A stretch of 43,932 nucleotides of DNA from Gemmatimonadales bacterium (GCA_030636765.1 DAOVWI010000003.1:1-43932), one strand, 5' to 3'; positions 8,857 through 18,567 are shown, counted from the first letter of the stretch. Made by a program: numbers and translations. The notes: a model not told the origin generated them from the sequence alone.

Positions 8857-10194
8857 CTAGTCGATCGGGAGGGTTGCGACCACGGTGCGGACGGTGCCGT
8901 CGGGGCCCGTGTCCGTCCACGCCAGGATCACGTCGTTGCCCAGCGCCGCCATGCGGGGAAAGCCGCTCGCCCGGCTCACGTCAGTGATGGCGACGGTCGC
9001 CGGAAGGCTCGCCTCGCCGTCCGGCCGGACACGCCGGGCCCTCACGTCGGCGCCCCGATCCGTGGTCTCGAGCCACACGACCAGCGCCGCCCCGTCCTTG
9101 AGCAGCATGACGTCGACGCGGCCCAGGGGTCTTCCCTCGTCCACCCGGCTCGGCTCGCCGAACGTCTTCCCTGCATCGCCGGAGAAGGCGACCTGCACCT
9201 TCGGCTCGTCGTTCGCGGCGGTGTACCACGCGACGGCGACCCGTTCTTTCTTCGCGGCGACCGCGGGGCCGTTCACGGGGCACGCGGGCATGTACCACCC
9301 ATCGGCGTGGATCGTGGAGGGAGCCGTCCATTCGCTCCCGACCAGGCGGACGACGGAGATGTCCCGGATCTCGCTCTCCGACCGATCCCGGTACACGAGG
9401 ACCGGCCCCTCGGAGGTGAGCGCGGCGGAGGTCTGACAACAGTCGCAGGAGCGGGCATCGAGGAGGGTCTGGCTTCCTGGGGCGCCATCGACGCCGATCT
9501 CCGCGTACCGGAGGGACATGTCGCCCTCGAGCGGTCCGCCCTCGGCCACCTCCGCGAAGTCTCGTCCGTCGAGCCACACGGCCGCCAGAGCGCCATCCGC
9601 CGCCGGGAAGAGGGATACGAAGCCGTGCTCCGTCAGAGTCCCGTCAACGTGGGGCGTCACGGGGTCGCTCCACGAAAGCCCCCCGTCTACGGAGCGGGCG
9701 ATCCGAACGCCGTACGCGTACGTGCCCGGACCCTCGCGCTGGAGCCAATGCGCCGCGAGAGTGCCGTCTGGGAGCTCCACGATGGACGGGAAGTCGGCCC
9801 AGTTCACGAAGAAGTCCTCGCCGCGCGCGATCGTGTGCGGCTCGCTCCACCCTGATGCGCTCAGCTCGGCCATCCGGACGGCATGGCCGCTCTCATCGGG
9901 CTCCTGCCAGCTCATGTAGACGGTGCCCTCGCGGCCTGCCCACAGGTAGGGCGTCATGCTGCCCCGGCCGGTCGGGGGTGGCACCTCCCGCAGCCCCGTG
10001 AAGGTGGACCCGAGCGCGGGGCCCTCGGTCTCGTCCGGGCCGTCGGCCCCGATCCGCCGTTCGCCAGAGGCTTCGCCGCTCGCCTCCGGCCCACACGAGA
10101 GGAGAGCGACGGAGGTCACGAGGATCGCCCCGGCTTGGCTGAGCGGTTGATTCACGGAGAAAAGGCACCTGCGGCACTTCCTGAAGAACGGCAT
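8857..10194 (-). CDS. BNR/Asp-box (sialidase-like beta-propeller) lipoprotein
   Basis: Asp-boxes RSVDGGLSW and FSGDAGKTF, plus FVNWADFP, CDCCQT and CPVNGP; lipobox-like LLSC. Start uncertain (10194 ATG or 10155 GTG). Confidence 0.75.
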   Translation of the reverse strand: MPFFRKCRRCLFSVNQPLSQAGAILVTSVALLSCGPEASGEASGERRIGADGPDETEGPALGSTFTGLREVPPPTGRGSMTPYLWAGREGTVYMSWQEPDESGHAVRMAELSASGWSEPHTIARGEDFFVNWADFPSIVELPDGTLAAHWLQREGPGTYAYGVRIARSVDGGLSWSDPVTPHVDGTLTEHGFVSLFPAADGALAAVWLDGRDFAEVAEGGPLEGDMSLRYAEIGVDGAPGSQTLLDARSCDCCQTSAALTSEGPVLVYRDRSESEIRDISVVRLVGSEWTAPSTIHADGWYMPACPVNGPAVAAKKERVAVAWYTAANDEPKVQVAFSGDAGKTFGEPSRVDEGRPLGRVDVMLLKDGAALVVWLETTDRGADVRARRVRPDGEASLPATVAITDVSRASGFPRMAALGNDVILAWTDTGPDGTVRTVVATLPID

Positions 10195-10259
10195 GGAGAA
10201 CAACTTGCCGGCAGCTGCCGTCGGCCGCAATCAGCGCGCGGGCTACACGGAGGGGGAGG

Positions 10260-11330
10260 TCAGCTCGCGTTGGCGGCGCGTGCGGTCGTCACTTCCTCCA
10301 TGGACCATGGGCCGGCGACGACCGCCCGGTTTCCGCCTTCCCGCTTCGCGGAGTACAGGGCGATGTCTGCCGCCAGAAGGAGATCGTCCTGGTCTTTCGT
10401 CGACGAGTTGGAGACGGCGATTCCGCAGCTCATCGTCACGGGAATGGCGAAGTTCCGATAGCGCGCGGCCACCGTCTCGAGCACCCGGTCCGCGAAGATG
10501 AGGGCGCCCTTCACGCTCTCGCCCGGAAGGAGGGCGAGGAACTCATCGCCGCCGAACCGGCCGCTGAGGTCCGAGCGGCGGGTGTTCATCTCGAGGGCCT
10601 GGGCGACAGCGCGGAGCACCTCGTCTCCGGCCTGGTGGCCCTCGGAGTCGTTGATCCTCTTGAAGTTGTCGATGTCCAGCAGGATGATCGCGCATGGCCG
10701 GCCGCGTGCTACTCCCGCGAACTCCTGTGCCAGGAAGAGCTCCAGCACGCGCCGGTTCGGCAGGCCCGTGAGGGGATCCGCGTAGGCGAGCTTCAGTGCG
10801 TCGGCCGTCGTCCTTCGGTGCGCTTCGGAGACGAGACCCGCGCCCAGGCTGACGCCGATGAGGACGGCCGTGACGCCGCCGACCAACCACCAGGCCACCG
10901 GCTGGGTGAGCAGGAGGGAGATGCCCACCTCGAGGGCGGCGAGGAGAATCATCGTCGCCACCAGGGAAATCGTTGCGCCCCGCCAGCCCTTGTAGTAGGC
11001 CAAGAGGAACGCCGGGATGAGGGCGAGCAGCCAGACGAGAGCGGAGTAGTCGCCCATCGACTCCGGCCACAGGAGGCTGGCGGTTGCAGCCGCGGCGAGG
11101 GAGAGGGAGCTCAGGACGAGCGCCTTCGTCGGCACTCGACCCGGAAGGATGTTGACGGCCGACGTCAGCGGGCCCTCGACTTCGCTCCCGCCCCATGAGG
11201 GTGAGTCGGGCACGCCGACCGCTCCCCCGCGCATCGACCCTCGGTCCGCCAGCTGCCTATAAGATGTATTCATCCTTGACCTGATTGCATTCAAACCATG
11301 GCCTTTGGCGAATCCGGCCGGCGGCCGCAC
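10260..11330 (-). CDS. Membrane-anchored GGDEF diguanylate cyclase
   Basis: About 4 TM helices, then DPLTGLPNRR, LDIDNFKRIND, I-site RRSD and an intact GGDEF. True start is probably downstream of 11330. Confidence 0.92.
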   Translation of the reverse strand: MRPPAGFAKGHGLNAIRSRMNTSYRQLADRGSMRGGAVGVPDSPSWGGSEVEGPLTSAVNILPGRVPTKALVLSSLSLAAAATASLLWPESMGDYSALVWLLALIPAFLLAYYKGWRGATISLVATMILLAALEVGISLLLTQPVAWWLVGGVTAVLIGVSLGAGLVSEAHRRTTADALKLAYADPLTGLPNRRVLELFLAQEFAGVARGRPCAIILLDIDNFKRINDSEGHQAGDEVLRAVAQALEMNTRRSDLSGRFGGDEFLALLPGESVKGALIFADRVLETVAARYRNFAIPVTMSCGIAVSNSSTKDQDDLLLAADIALYSAKREGGNRAVVAGPWSMEEVTTARAANAS

Positions 11331-11602
11331 GGGCGACCAGCCGGCGCCTCATGCGCCATTGCGTACGGTCGTACTCCGTTGTGCGTTCACGGCTTAACCT
11401 GTTTTCGCGGGTTGTACCGGTCGCCGCTCCCGCCGTAGCGATGCACGACACATGAGTGCACTTTCGGTGCCGGACGGTGTAGCGAGCGAGGTTCCGTACG
11501 GAAGCGCAGGGTGCAAAGCGGAAACCCGGCCGGCCGCAACGCTGTTCTTGATGGCGGTGCGGCGGGTCAACACCGGGCGTAAGAGACGCGTGGGAGCGAA
11601 CT

Positions 11603-12214
11603 TTGAGCAGCACGGGTAGATCGAAGGGTCTGTTGTGGGCCGTGGCGGTGCTCGTCGGCATCGGGGGCCTGGTCGTCGCGTTTTCCGGCGGCTTGATGCG
11701 TTCCGCGGGCGCGGAGGCTGGAGGGGCTCCATCGCGTTGGCTCGAGGTGGAGGCGCCCGTGGCCGAGTTCGCTACGCTGGACGGCGGAATGGCCTCCCTG
11801 GCGGATTACCGAGGGCAGGTCGTGATCCTCAACATGTGGGGCACCTGGTGCCCGCCGTGCCGGCGCGAGATACCGGAGCTCGTCCACCTGCAGGAGGCAC
11901 TGATCGGCCGGGGAGCGACGGTGGTCAGCATCGCCGTGGACTCGGGAACGGAGGAGGGCATTCGGAACTTCGCCGACGAGTTCGGGATGAACTACCCGAT
12001 CTGGATCGCGGGCACGGACGCCGTCGTCTCGCACTTCCACGCGATCGGGTTTCCGTTTTCCCTCTTGATCGATCGGGAGGGGCTCATCCGGAAGGAGTAC
12101 CTGGGGCCTCAGACCTACGAGTCGCTGCTCGCCGATGCTGACGTATGGATCAACGGTGGGAGCGACGTGGACACGCCGACGTACACTCCGGTGTCGGCGG
12201 TCGGTTCGAAGTAG
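11603..12214 (+). CDS. TlpA/ResA family thiol-disulfide oxidoreductase
   Basis: N-terminal TM anchor; YRGQVVILNMWGTWCPPCRREIP (CxxC); FPFSLLIDREG. Confidence 0.92.
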   Translation: MSSTGRSKGLLWAVAVLVGIGGLVVAFSGGLMRSAGAEAGGAPSRWLEVEAPVAEFATLDGGMASLADYRGQVVILNMWGTWCPPCRREIPELVHLQEALIGRGATVVSIAVDSGTEEGIRNFADEFGMNYPIWIAGTDAVVSHFHAIGFPFSLLIDREGLIRKEYLGPQTYESLLADADVWINGGSDVDTPTYTPVSAVGSK

Positions 12215-14295
12215 CGTCCGCCGAACGCGTTCGGCACTACCGAACCGTTGTACCGGGTCGAGAAGAGGTTGTCCACGCCGACGTAGGGCAGGAGCTCCCA
12301 CCCCCCCGGCCGCACGCGGGCGGACAGCCGCAGGTCGACCACCGCGTAGGACCAGTTGAACGCCGTGTTGGCGTCGTTCACGGCGAACGCGTCCACCCAG
12401 CGAAGCCGTCCAACCGCCAGCCACCCCTCCCGGGCATAGGAGAGCTCCAGGTCCAGCTGGTGCACGGGCACGCCCGGCTCTCGGTTCCCCGAGAAGTCCC
12501 CTTCGATGGTCTCGAACTGCTCGAGGATGAAGTCCTGATACGTGTAGGCGAGCCGGGCATCCAGTCCCGGCAAGGCCGTCCAGACTCCCTGCAACTCGAT
12601 CCCTCGGCGCGTCACCTCACCGGCGTTTCGGAAGAACACTTGCTCACCGGGCCCCTGGAACGGGAGGATCGCGTCGTCCACGTCGGACACGTACACGGCG
12701 AAGTCGTACGTAACTCGTGAACGGACTATTTGGCCCTTCGCGCCGATGGAGAAGCTCAGCGTCGTCTCCGGCCCGAGGAGCGGGTTGAAGCCACCCTCGC
12801 CGGTGGGCCGGTTGGACAGCTCACTGGTCGTCGGCGTCTGAAAGGCCGTGGCGACGTTCGCGTAGAGGTTGACCGATGGCGCCGCGGCCAGGTCGATCCC
12901 CAGCATCGGGCTGAAGTGCGTGAACGTCCGGGTTCCCGAGTCGTCGCCGTCATCCAGCAGCCGGTCCGTGGCCCGGAAGTCGTAGAGGTCGAAGCGGCCG
13001 CCCGCGGTCAGGCGTACTCGCCGGCTGGGCGCGTACGCCAGCTCGACGAAGGGCCCGATCGCCACGACTTCCTCGCGCTGGTCCACGAGGACCGCGCCCT
13101 CCCGTGCGCGCCCACCCTCCTCGCCCACTCCCAGGTTCTCGAACTCCTCCCTGTCATCGCCCAGGTAGGAGATGTCGGTACCCGCGACCCATGTGATGGG
13201 AGTTCGTCCGATGCGCTCTCCCTCCTCGTAGGTCGCCCGCAGGCCGCCGGAGAAACGGCCGAGGGCGATGATCCGGCCCGGGATGGGGTTCCAGACGTCC
13301 CGCACCAGCCCCCATCCGGAGATCTGAAGCGTGCGGCCCTCCGAGAGCTCTCCCTCCAGCGCGACGCCGAACTGTCCCTGCTGGATCTCCTTGCCGGCGC
13401 CCTGTGCGATGATGAAAGGTCTCACGAAGCGAGGCCGGTCCCGCGCGTCCTCTTCGTTCAGCGAGCTCGGGTTCTCGGCGAAGGGCATCGAGAAGAAGCT
13501 CCCGGTGCCGCGCAGCTCGAACCGCCGTGAGAGCGGGACGCGCGTCGTCACGTACAGCCGGTAGAACTCCGCCTCGCCGTACTCGCGAAAGCCGGTCCAG
13601 TGCGTGCCCTCGAAGTCGGCCAGGTACCCTGTGCTCCCCGCGGTGCCGGACAGCTTCACCCGGGCCATGGCGTATCCGTAGGCGCCGACGGCCGCTTGCG
13701 GCCGCATGGTGAGCGGGGTCGGAGGGAAGTCCTCGGTCTGGAAGCTGATGACGCCCCCGGCGGCGTTTCCGTACAGGGACGACGCGGGTCCGCGAATCAC
13801 CTCGGTCCGGCCCACCGCCAGGAGATCCAGGTTGCTCAGGGTCGCCTGGCCGTCCGGAAGCGTGAGCGGAATGCCGTCGGCGATGATCATGATCCCGCGG
13901 ACGCCGAACTGGGCCCGGGCCCCCGCGCCACGGATCATCACCCTGTCACCCAGGGAGAAGTTCTGCCGGTTCTGCACGGTGACGCCCGGCACTCCCCGCA
14001 GCGCCTGGTCGAGCGACAGGCCGCGCTCGCCGCGCTGGATTCGCTCGCCCGGGACGAGGGAGAGCGCGTACGGGACCCGCGCCCAGTCCCGGCTCGAGCG
14101 GGTGACGGTCACGCGCAGATCCTCGAGCCGGTAGCCCGGGGGCACGTCGAGCGTGTCGGCCTGGGCCTCGAGGGTGTCAGCCTGGGTCCCGTGCGGATCC
14201 GCCTGGGCCGCGTGCGCTTCCGCGGGCGGGATGGCGACGGCGACCAGGAGGGTCGCCGCTGTCGAAAAGGGCCGGAGGGGCCCGAGGCGGATCAA
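12115..14295 (-). CDS. TonB-dependent outer-membrane receptor
   Basis: Plug motifs IRGAG, IIADGIP and EVIRGPASSLYGNAAGGVISF, then a beta-barrel ending VDNLFSTRY. Real start is probably TTG 14295, overlapping the ABC gene's TGA. The 16272 start in the ORF track is off-frame read-through of the ABC gene. Confidence 0.9.
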   Translation of the reverse strand: MIRLGPLRPFSTAATLLVAVAIPPAEAHAAQADPHGTQADTLEAQADTLDVPPGYRLEDLRVTVTRSSRDWARVPYALSLVPGERIQRGERGLSLDQALRGVPGVTVQNRQNFSLGDRVMIRGAGARAQFGVRGIMIIADGIPLTLPDGQATLSNLDLLAVGRTEVIRGPASSLYGNAAGGVISFQTEDFPPTPLTMRPQAAVGAYGYAMARVKLSGTAGSTGYLADFEGTHWTGFREYGEAEFYRLYVTTRVPLSRRFELRGTGSFFSMPFAENPSSLNEEDARDRPRFVRPFIIAQGAGKEIQQGQFGVALEGELSEGRTLQISGWGLVRDVWNPIPGRIIALGRFSGGLRATYEEGERIGRTPITWVAGTDISYLGDDREEFENLGVGEEGGRAREGAVLVDQREEVVAIGPFVELAYAPSRRVRLTAGGRFDLYDFRATDRLLDDGDDSGTRTFTHFSPMLGIDLAAAPSVNLYANVATAFQTPTTSELSNRPTGEGGFNPLLGPETTLSFSIGAKGQIVRSRVTYDFAVYVSDVDDAILPFQGPGEQVFFRNAGEVTRRGIELQGVWTALPGLDARLAYTYQDFILEQFETIEGDFSGNREPGVPVHQLDLELSYAREGWLAVGRLRWVDAFAVNDANTAFNWSYAVVDLRLSARVRPGGWELLPYVGVDNLFSTRYNGSVVPNAFGGRYFEPTADTGVYVGVSTSLPPLIHTSASASSDS

Positions 14296-16082
14296 GCCAC
14301 CGGGTCGAGGACGAGCTGTCCGCGGTAGAGGCGGGCGTACAGGCCGTCCTGCACGAGCAGCTCCTCGTGCGGGCCGTCCTCCACGATGCGGCCGGCTTCG
14401 AGGACCAAGAGACGGTCGGCCCGCAGCACGGTCCGGAGGCGGTGGGCGATGATCAACGTCGTGCGTCCCTGCATCAGGGTCGTCAGCGCTTCCTCGACGA
14501 GCCGCTCGCTCTCCGTGTCGAGGCTGCTCGTCGCCTCGTCCAGGATGAGGATGCCGGGGGCCTTGAGCACAACGCGTGCGATCGCGAGACGTTGGCGCTG
14601 GCCTCCGGACAGACGCACCCCCCGCTCGCCCACGAGCGTCTCGTAGCGATTCGGCAGGCGCTCGATGAACTCGTGCGCGTACGCCGCCCGAGCCGCTTCC
14701 TCGACCTCCTCCGCCGTGGCGCCCGTCCGGCCGTAGGCGATGTTCTCGTACACGGTTCCCGAGAAGAGGGTGGGTTCCTGTGGCACGAAGCCGATCGATC
14801 CCCGGAGGTCCGCCAGGCGCACGTCCCGGATGTCCAGGCCGTTCCATGTGATTCGGCCCCTTTCGGGATCCCAGAATCGAAGGACGAGCGCGGCGAACGT
14901 GGACTTGCCGGCGCCACTCGGCCCGACGAGGGCGACGACCTCGCCCTGCCGCAGCGTGGCGGTGACTCCGCGGAGCGCCCACGGCTCTTCCGGTCCGTAC
15001 CGGAAACTGACATCCTCGAAGGCGATCTCGGGGATCTCCAGCGTGGGGATCGGGGCCGGCTCCGGCGGGTCGGCGATCTCCGGGCGCTGCTCCAGGAGGT
15101 CGAAGACACGGCGCGCCGCTCCCTGGGCCTGCTGGTACGAGCCCCAGAGTGAGGCCATGGCCGTGATCGCGGCGGCGACCTGGACGGCGTAGAGGAGGAA
15201 GGAGACGAGCTCGCCCGCGGTAATCTGGCCCGCCAGCACGAGACGGCCGCCCTGCCAGAGGACGACCACGATCCCCCCGAAGGCGACGAACGCGAGAATG
15301 CCAAAGAACAGCCCCCGGGCGAAGGCGCGGCTGATGGCGGCGCGCAGCGACGCATCGATGCGCGCGCCGTAGCGAGCCGCCTCCCACGCCTCCCGGACGA
15401 AGCTCTGCACGATGGGGATCTGGCCGAGGGCCTCCTCGGCCACCGCGTTGGCCTCGGCAATCCGATCCTGCACCTCCGTCGATTTGCGCCGGACGTAGCG
15501 GCCAAAGGCTATGGCGATAAAAACGACCAGCGGCGCGACCGCCGCCGTCGTCACCATGAGCTGCGGGTGCAGGAACGCGAGCAGCGTGAGCGCGCCGACC
15601 AGGTACATCGCCTGCCGCAACAGCTCCGCGATCTGGTGGCCGAGCACCGCCTGGAGGGTCGAGCAATCGGAGGTGAGCCGGCTCGTCAGCTCTCCCGAAG
15701 TGCGCTCCGTGAAGAAGCCTGGGGAAAGGTCGAGGAAGTGGCTGAACAGGTTCTTTCGAAGGCGCGCGATCACCTGCTCCCCGGTCGCGCCGAGCAGGTA
15801 GACCTCGAAGAAGTTCAGCACGCCCTTGATCGCGAACAGCCCGAGCAGGCCGAGGGCGATGGCGTTCAGATTGTAGAGGTTCCGCGTGACGAACGCGGCG
15901 TCCATCAAGTACCGTACGACGAGTGGGAAGGCGAGCCCGATCGCCGAGCTGAACACCAGGGCCACCATGGCCCCCGCTACCTTTCCCCGATGGGGGCGCA
16001 CAAGCGGCGCCAGCTTGCGGATGGCGAACAGGGAAAAGCGTCGTCGTCCCCTCTCGTGGCGCTGTCCGGTATTCGCCTCTAT
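14292..16082 (-). CDS. MsbA-like ABC exporter (fused TMD + NBD)
   Basis: Walker A GPSGAGKST, signature LSGGQRQR, Walker B ILILDEATSSLD, IAHRL. Start is GTG 16001 or an ATA at 16082 preceded by GGAGG. Confidence 0.92.
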   Translation of the reverse strand: MEANTGQRHERGRRRFSLFAIRKLAPLVRPHRGKVAGAMVALVFSSAIGLAFPLVVRYLMDAAFVTRNLYNLNAIALGLLGLFAIKGVLNFFEVYLLGATGEQVIARLRKNLFSHFLDLSPGFFTERTSGELTSRLTSDCSTLQAVLGHQIAELLRQAMYLVGALTLLAFLHPQLMVTTAAVAPLVVFIAIAFGRYVRRKSTEVQDRIAEANAVAEEALGQIPIVQSFVREAWEAARYGARIDASLRAAISRAFARGLFFGILAFVAFGGIVVVLWQGGRLVLAGQITAGELVSFLLYAVQVAAAITAMASLWGSYQQAQGAARRVFDLLEQRPEIADPPEPAPIPTLEIPEIAFEDVSFRYGPEEPWALRGVTATLRQGEVVALVGPSGAGKSTFAALVLRFWDPERGRITWNGLDIRDVRLADLRGSIGFVPQEPTLFSGTVYENIAYGRTGATAEEVEEAARAAYAHEFIERLPNRYETLVGERGVRLSGGQRQRLAIARVVLKAPGILILDEATSSLDTESERLVEEALTTLMQGRTTLIIAHRLRTVLRADRLLVLEAGRIVEDGPHEELLVQDGLYARLYRGQLVLDPVA

Positions 16083-16204
16083 CTTCCCGCCTCCCGTGGG
16101 TGTGAGGTCCGCGCGAGCCCGACCGGGGCCGGCGCGATCGTGGCCACCTGCCCGCGCAAGCCCGGAACGGGCCCGCGCTTCGTCGATCGTCCGCCAATTG
16201 ATCC

Positions 16205-17119
16205 ATGAACGAGACGACCCGCAACGATACCCGTCGCTGGGGCAGGCTCGCCGCCGCCGCGGCCGTGGCCACCTACGCCCTGATCGTGTTCGGAGGGATC
16301 GTCCGGATCACGGGCAGCGGCATGGGGTGCGGCGACGACTGGCCGCTCTGCGACGGCCGGCTGATCCCACCGATGGACCTGGAGACGATGATCGAGTACG
16401 GCCACCGGTTGGCGGCGGCCGCGGTGAGCGTGCTCGTTGTTCTGCTGGCGGGCCTCGCCTGGTGGCCCGCCCGCCCGCCGGCCTGGAGGCCGCTCCGGCG
16501 GATCGGGGCCCTGGCGCTCGTGATTCTGATCGTGCAGGTGCTGCTAGGGGCCGTGACCGTGTGGCTCGAGCTCCCGCCGAGCAGCGTCGTGCTTCACTTC
16601 GGCACCGGACTGGCGCTCCTCGCCGTGTTGAGCGTCGGTGGGTGCGTGGGGCTGATGGGAGGGTCGCGAAGCGCCCGGCGAAACGACGAGGCGACGCGCT
16701 GGGCCGCCGCCCTCGCCCTCTCCGCCTTCGGGGTCGCCCTGCTCGGAGCCCTGGTGGCAAACCTGGATGCGGGGCCGGCATGCCTAGGCTTTCCGGCGTG
16801 CAACGGCTCGTGGCTCCCGCCGGGCGGCGGCCTCGTGCAGGTGCACTGGATGCACCGCCTGGCGGCCTACATGCTCTTCGCGCTCCTGGCGGCGTTCCCG
16901 TTCCTCGTGCGGCGGTGGCGGCCCGCGGAGCGGCCGGCCCTCGTCGCGGCCTGGCTCGGGCTGCTGTTGGGCGTCGCGCAGATCGTGGTGGCCGCGGCGA
17001 TGGTCCTCACCCTCTTTCCTGGAGCCTTGCGGGTGGCGCACCTGGCGGCGGGCGCCGCCCTCGTGGCGGTGCTGGTGGTGGCGGCGTGGCTGGTGGCGCG
17101 GCCGAGCGACGTGGCCTAG
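16205..17119 (+). CDS. ctaA: Heme A synthase (COX15/CtaA family)
   Basis: GGIVRITGSGMGCGDDWPLC, EYGHR, second Cys pair CLGFPAC, HWMHR, about 8 TM helices. Confidence 0.9.
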   Translation: MNETTRNDTRRWGRLAAAAAVATYALIVFGGIVRITGSGMGCGDDWPLCDGRLIPPMDLETMIEYGHRLAAAAVSVLVVLLAGLAWWPARPPAWRPLRRIGALALVILIVQVLLGAVTVWLELPPSSVVLHFGTGLALLAVLSVGGCVGLMGGSRSARRNDEATRWAAALALSAFGVALLGALVANLDAGPACLGFPACNGSWLPPGGGLVQVHWMHRLAAYMLFALLAAFPFLVRRWRPAERPALVAAWLGLLLGVAQIVVAAAMVLTLFPGALRVAHLAAGAALVAVLVVAAWLVARPSDVA

Positions 17120-17164
17120 CAAGGTCTCGCGACGACGAGCCTGCCAGCGGCCGAGCGACGTGGC
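17098..17164 (+). repeat. 18-bp direct repeat GCGGCCGAGCGACGTGGC x2 with a 31-bp spacer at the convergent ctaA/tnaA junction
   Basis: Copies read directly at 17098-17115 and 17147-17164. Confidence 0.85.
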
Positions 17165-18534
17165 TACAGCGGCTTCAGCCGAGCGGTAAAGTGTCGGAGG
17201 TGGGCGGGCTCCTCGACGATGCGGAGTCCCCTCAGACTCTCCCGCCGTTCGGCGACGGCCGTCGCCACGTCGAGGACGTAGTCGATCTGGCTCTTGGTGT
17301 ACGTGCGCCGGGGGATCGCCAGCCGGAGTAGCTCCAGGGGCACGGTCCGCTCCTCGCCCGTCGAGGGGTCGGTGCCGCCGAACATGAGCGTCCCGATCTC
17401 CACGCCGCGGATTCCGCCCTCGGTGTAGAGCGCGCACGCCAGGGCCTGGGCCGGGAGCTCCCTGGGTCCGATGGCGGGCAGGAAGCTTCCCGCGTCGATG
17501 TAAACCGCGTGTCCGCCGGGCGGCCGCACGATCGGGTAACCCGCCTCCATCAATCCCTCCCCCAGGTACGCCACCGACGCCACGCGGTAGCGCAGGTAGT
17601 CCTCCTCGACGACTTCCCGGAGCCCGATGGCAATCGCCTCCAGGTCGCGGCCGGCCAGACCACCGTAAGTGGGGAACCCCTCGGTGAGGATGAGGAGCTC
17701 CTGCTCACGGCGTGCCAGCCGGTCGTCGTTGGATCCCAGGAACCCGCCGATGTTGGCGAGGCCGTCCTTCTTCGCGCTGAACGTGGCCCCATCCGCCAGG
17801 GAGAAGGTCTCCCGCGCGATCGATTCGACCGTGCGCTCGGCGTATCCCTTCTCGCGCAGCTTGATGAAGTAGGAGTTCTCGGCGAACCGACAGGCGTCGA
17901 GATAGAACGGAACGTCGCGAGAGCGGCAGAGCTCGCTGGCCGCCCGGATGTTGGCCATTGAAGCCGGCTGCCCGCCGCCCGAGTTGTTGGTGATCGTGTG
18001 GATGACACAAGCCACGTCGCTTGCGTCGTCGGAAAGAACGCCGCGAAGCGCATCGAGGTCGATGTCGCCCTTGAACGGATGCTCTTCGTCGGGCCTGAGA
18101 GCTTCGGGCACCGGGATGTCGAGCGCCTGCCCTCCCAGGTACTCGACGTTGGCCCTTGTCGTGTCGAAATGAGTGTTGGAGACGACCAGCTTGCCGGCCA
18201 CATCCAGGCAGGAAAAGAGAATTCTCTCGGCCGCGCGTCCCTGGTGGGTGGGTACGATGTGCTCGAAGCCGGTCAGCTCCCTGACCCGGTCCCGGAAGCG
18301 GTACCAGGATTCCGCTCCGGCGTACGACTCGTCGCCCCTCATGATGCCGGCCCACTGCTCCGACGACATCGCCCCCGTCCCGGAATCCGTGAGGAGGTCG
18401 ACGAGAATATCGCGGGCGCGGATGCGAAAGAGGTTCCAGTCGGCCGCGACGATAATGCGTTCGCGTTCCTGCCGCGTCGTCATCCGAAGCGGCTCGACCA
18501 CCTTGATCCGAAACGGCTCGATGATCCTCGGCAT
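17164..18534 (-). CDS. tnaA: Tryptophanase (beta-eliminating lyase; tyrosine phenol-lyase not excluded)
   Basis: EPFRIKVVEP, DLLTDSGT, HQGRAAE, PLP-lysine SAKKDGLANIGG, EGFPTYGGLAGRD, RLAIPRR, LRHFTA. Confidence 0.88.
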   Translation of the reverse strand: MPRIIEPFRIKVVEPLRMTTRQERERIIVAADWNLFRIRARDILVDLLTDSGTGAMSSEQWAGIMRGDESYAGAESWYRFRDRVRELTGFEHIVPTHQGRAAERILFSCLDVAGKLVVSNTHFDTTRANVEYLGGQALDIPVPEALRPDEEHPFKGDIDLDALRGVLSDDASDVACVIHTITNNSGGGQPASMANIRAASELCRSRDVPFYLDACRFAENSYFIKLREKGYAERTVESIARETFSLADGATFSAKKDGLANIGGFLGSNDDRLARREQELLILTEGFPTYGGLAGRDLEAIAIGLREVVEEDYLRYRVASVAYLGEGLMEAGYPIVRPPGGHAVYIDAGSFLPAIGPRELPAQALACALYTEGGIRGVEIGTLMFGGTDPSTGEERTVPLELLRLAIPRRTYTKSQIDYVLDVATAVAERRESLRGLRIVEEPAHLRHFTARLKPL

Positions 18535-18567
18535 GCTAGTGTACCGTCTCAGAAGTCACGAGCCCTG

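Noticed and set aside
11235-11602. Less GC-rich region between the GGDEF gene and tlpA as an ncRNA or riboswitch
   Set aside because: I could not identify a c-di-GMP or other riboswitch consensus or a convincing promoter by eye; most likely a divergent promoter region.
12115-16272. Apparent 1385-aa giant TonB receptor
   Set aside because: The first ~660 residues are an alternative frame over the ABC exporter gene. Receptor-like sequence begins only near 14295.
17098-17164. Mini-CRISPR (repeat, 31-bp spacer, repeat)
   Set aside because: Only two 18-bp copies, one inside a coding region; no leader and no cas genes.
18535-18567. tnaC-type leader peptide upstream of tnaA
   Set aside because: Only 33 bp separate the thiolase stop from tnaA, and there is no Trp-containing leader ORF.
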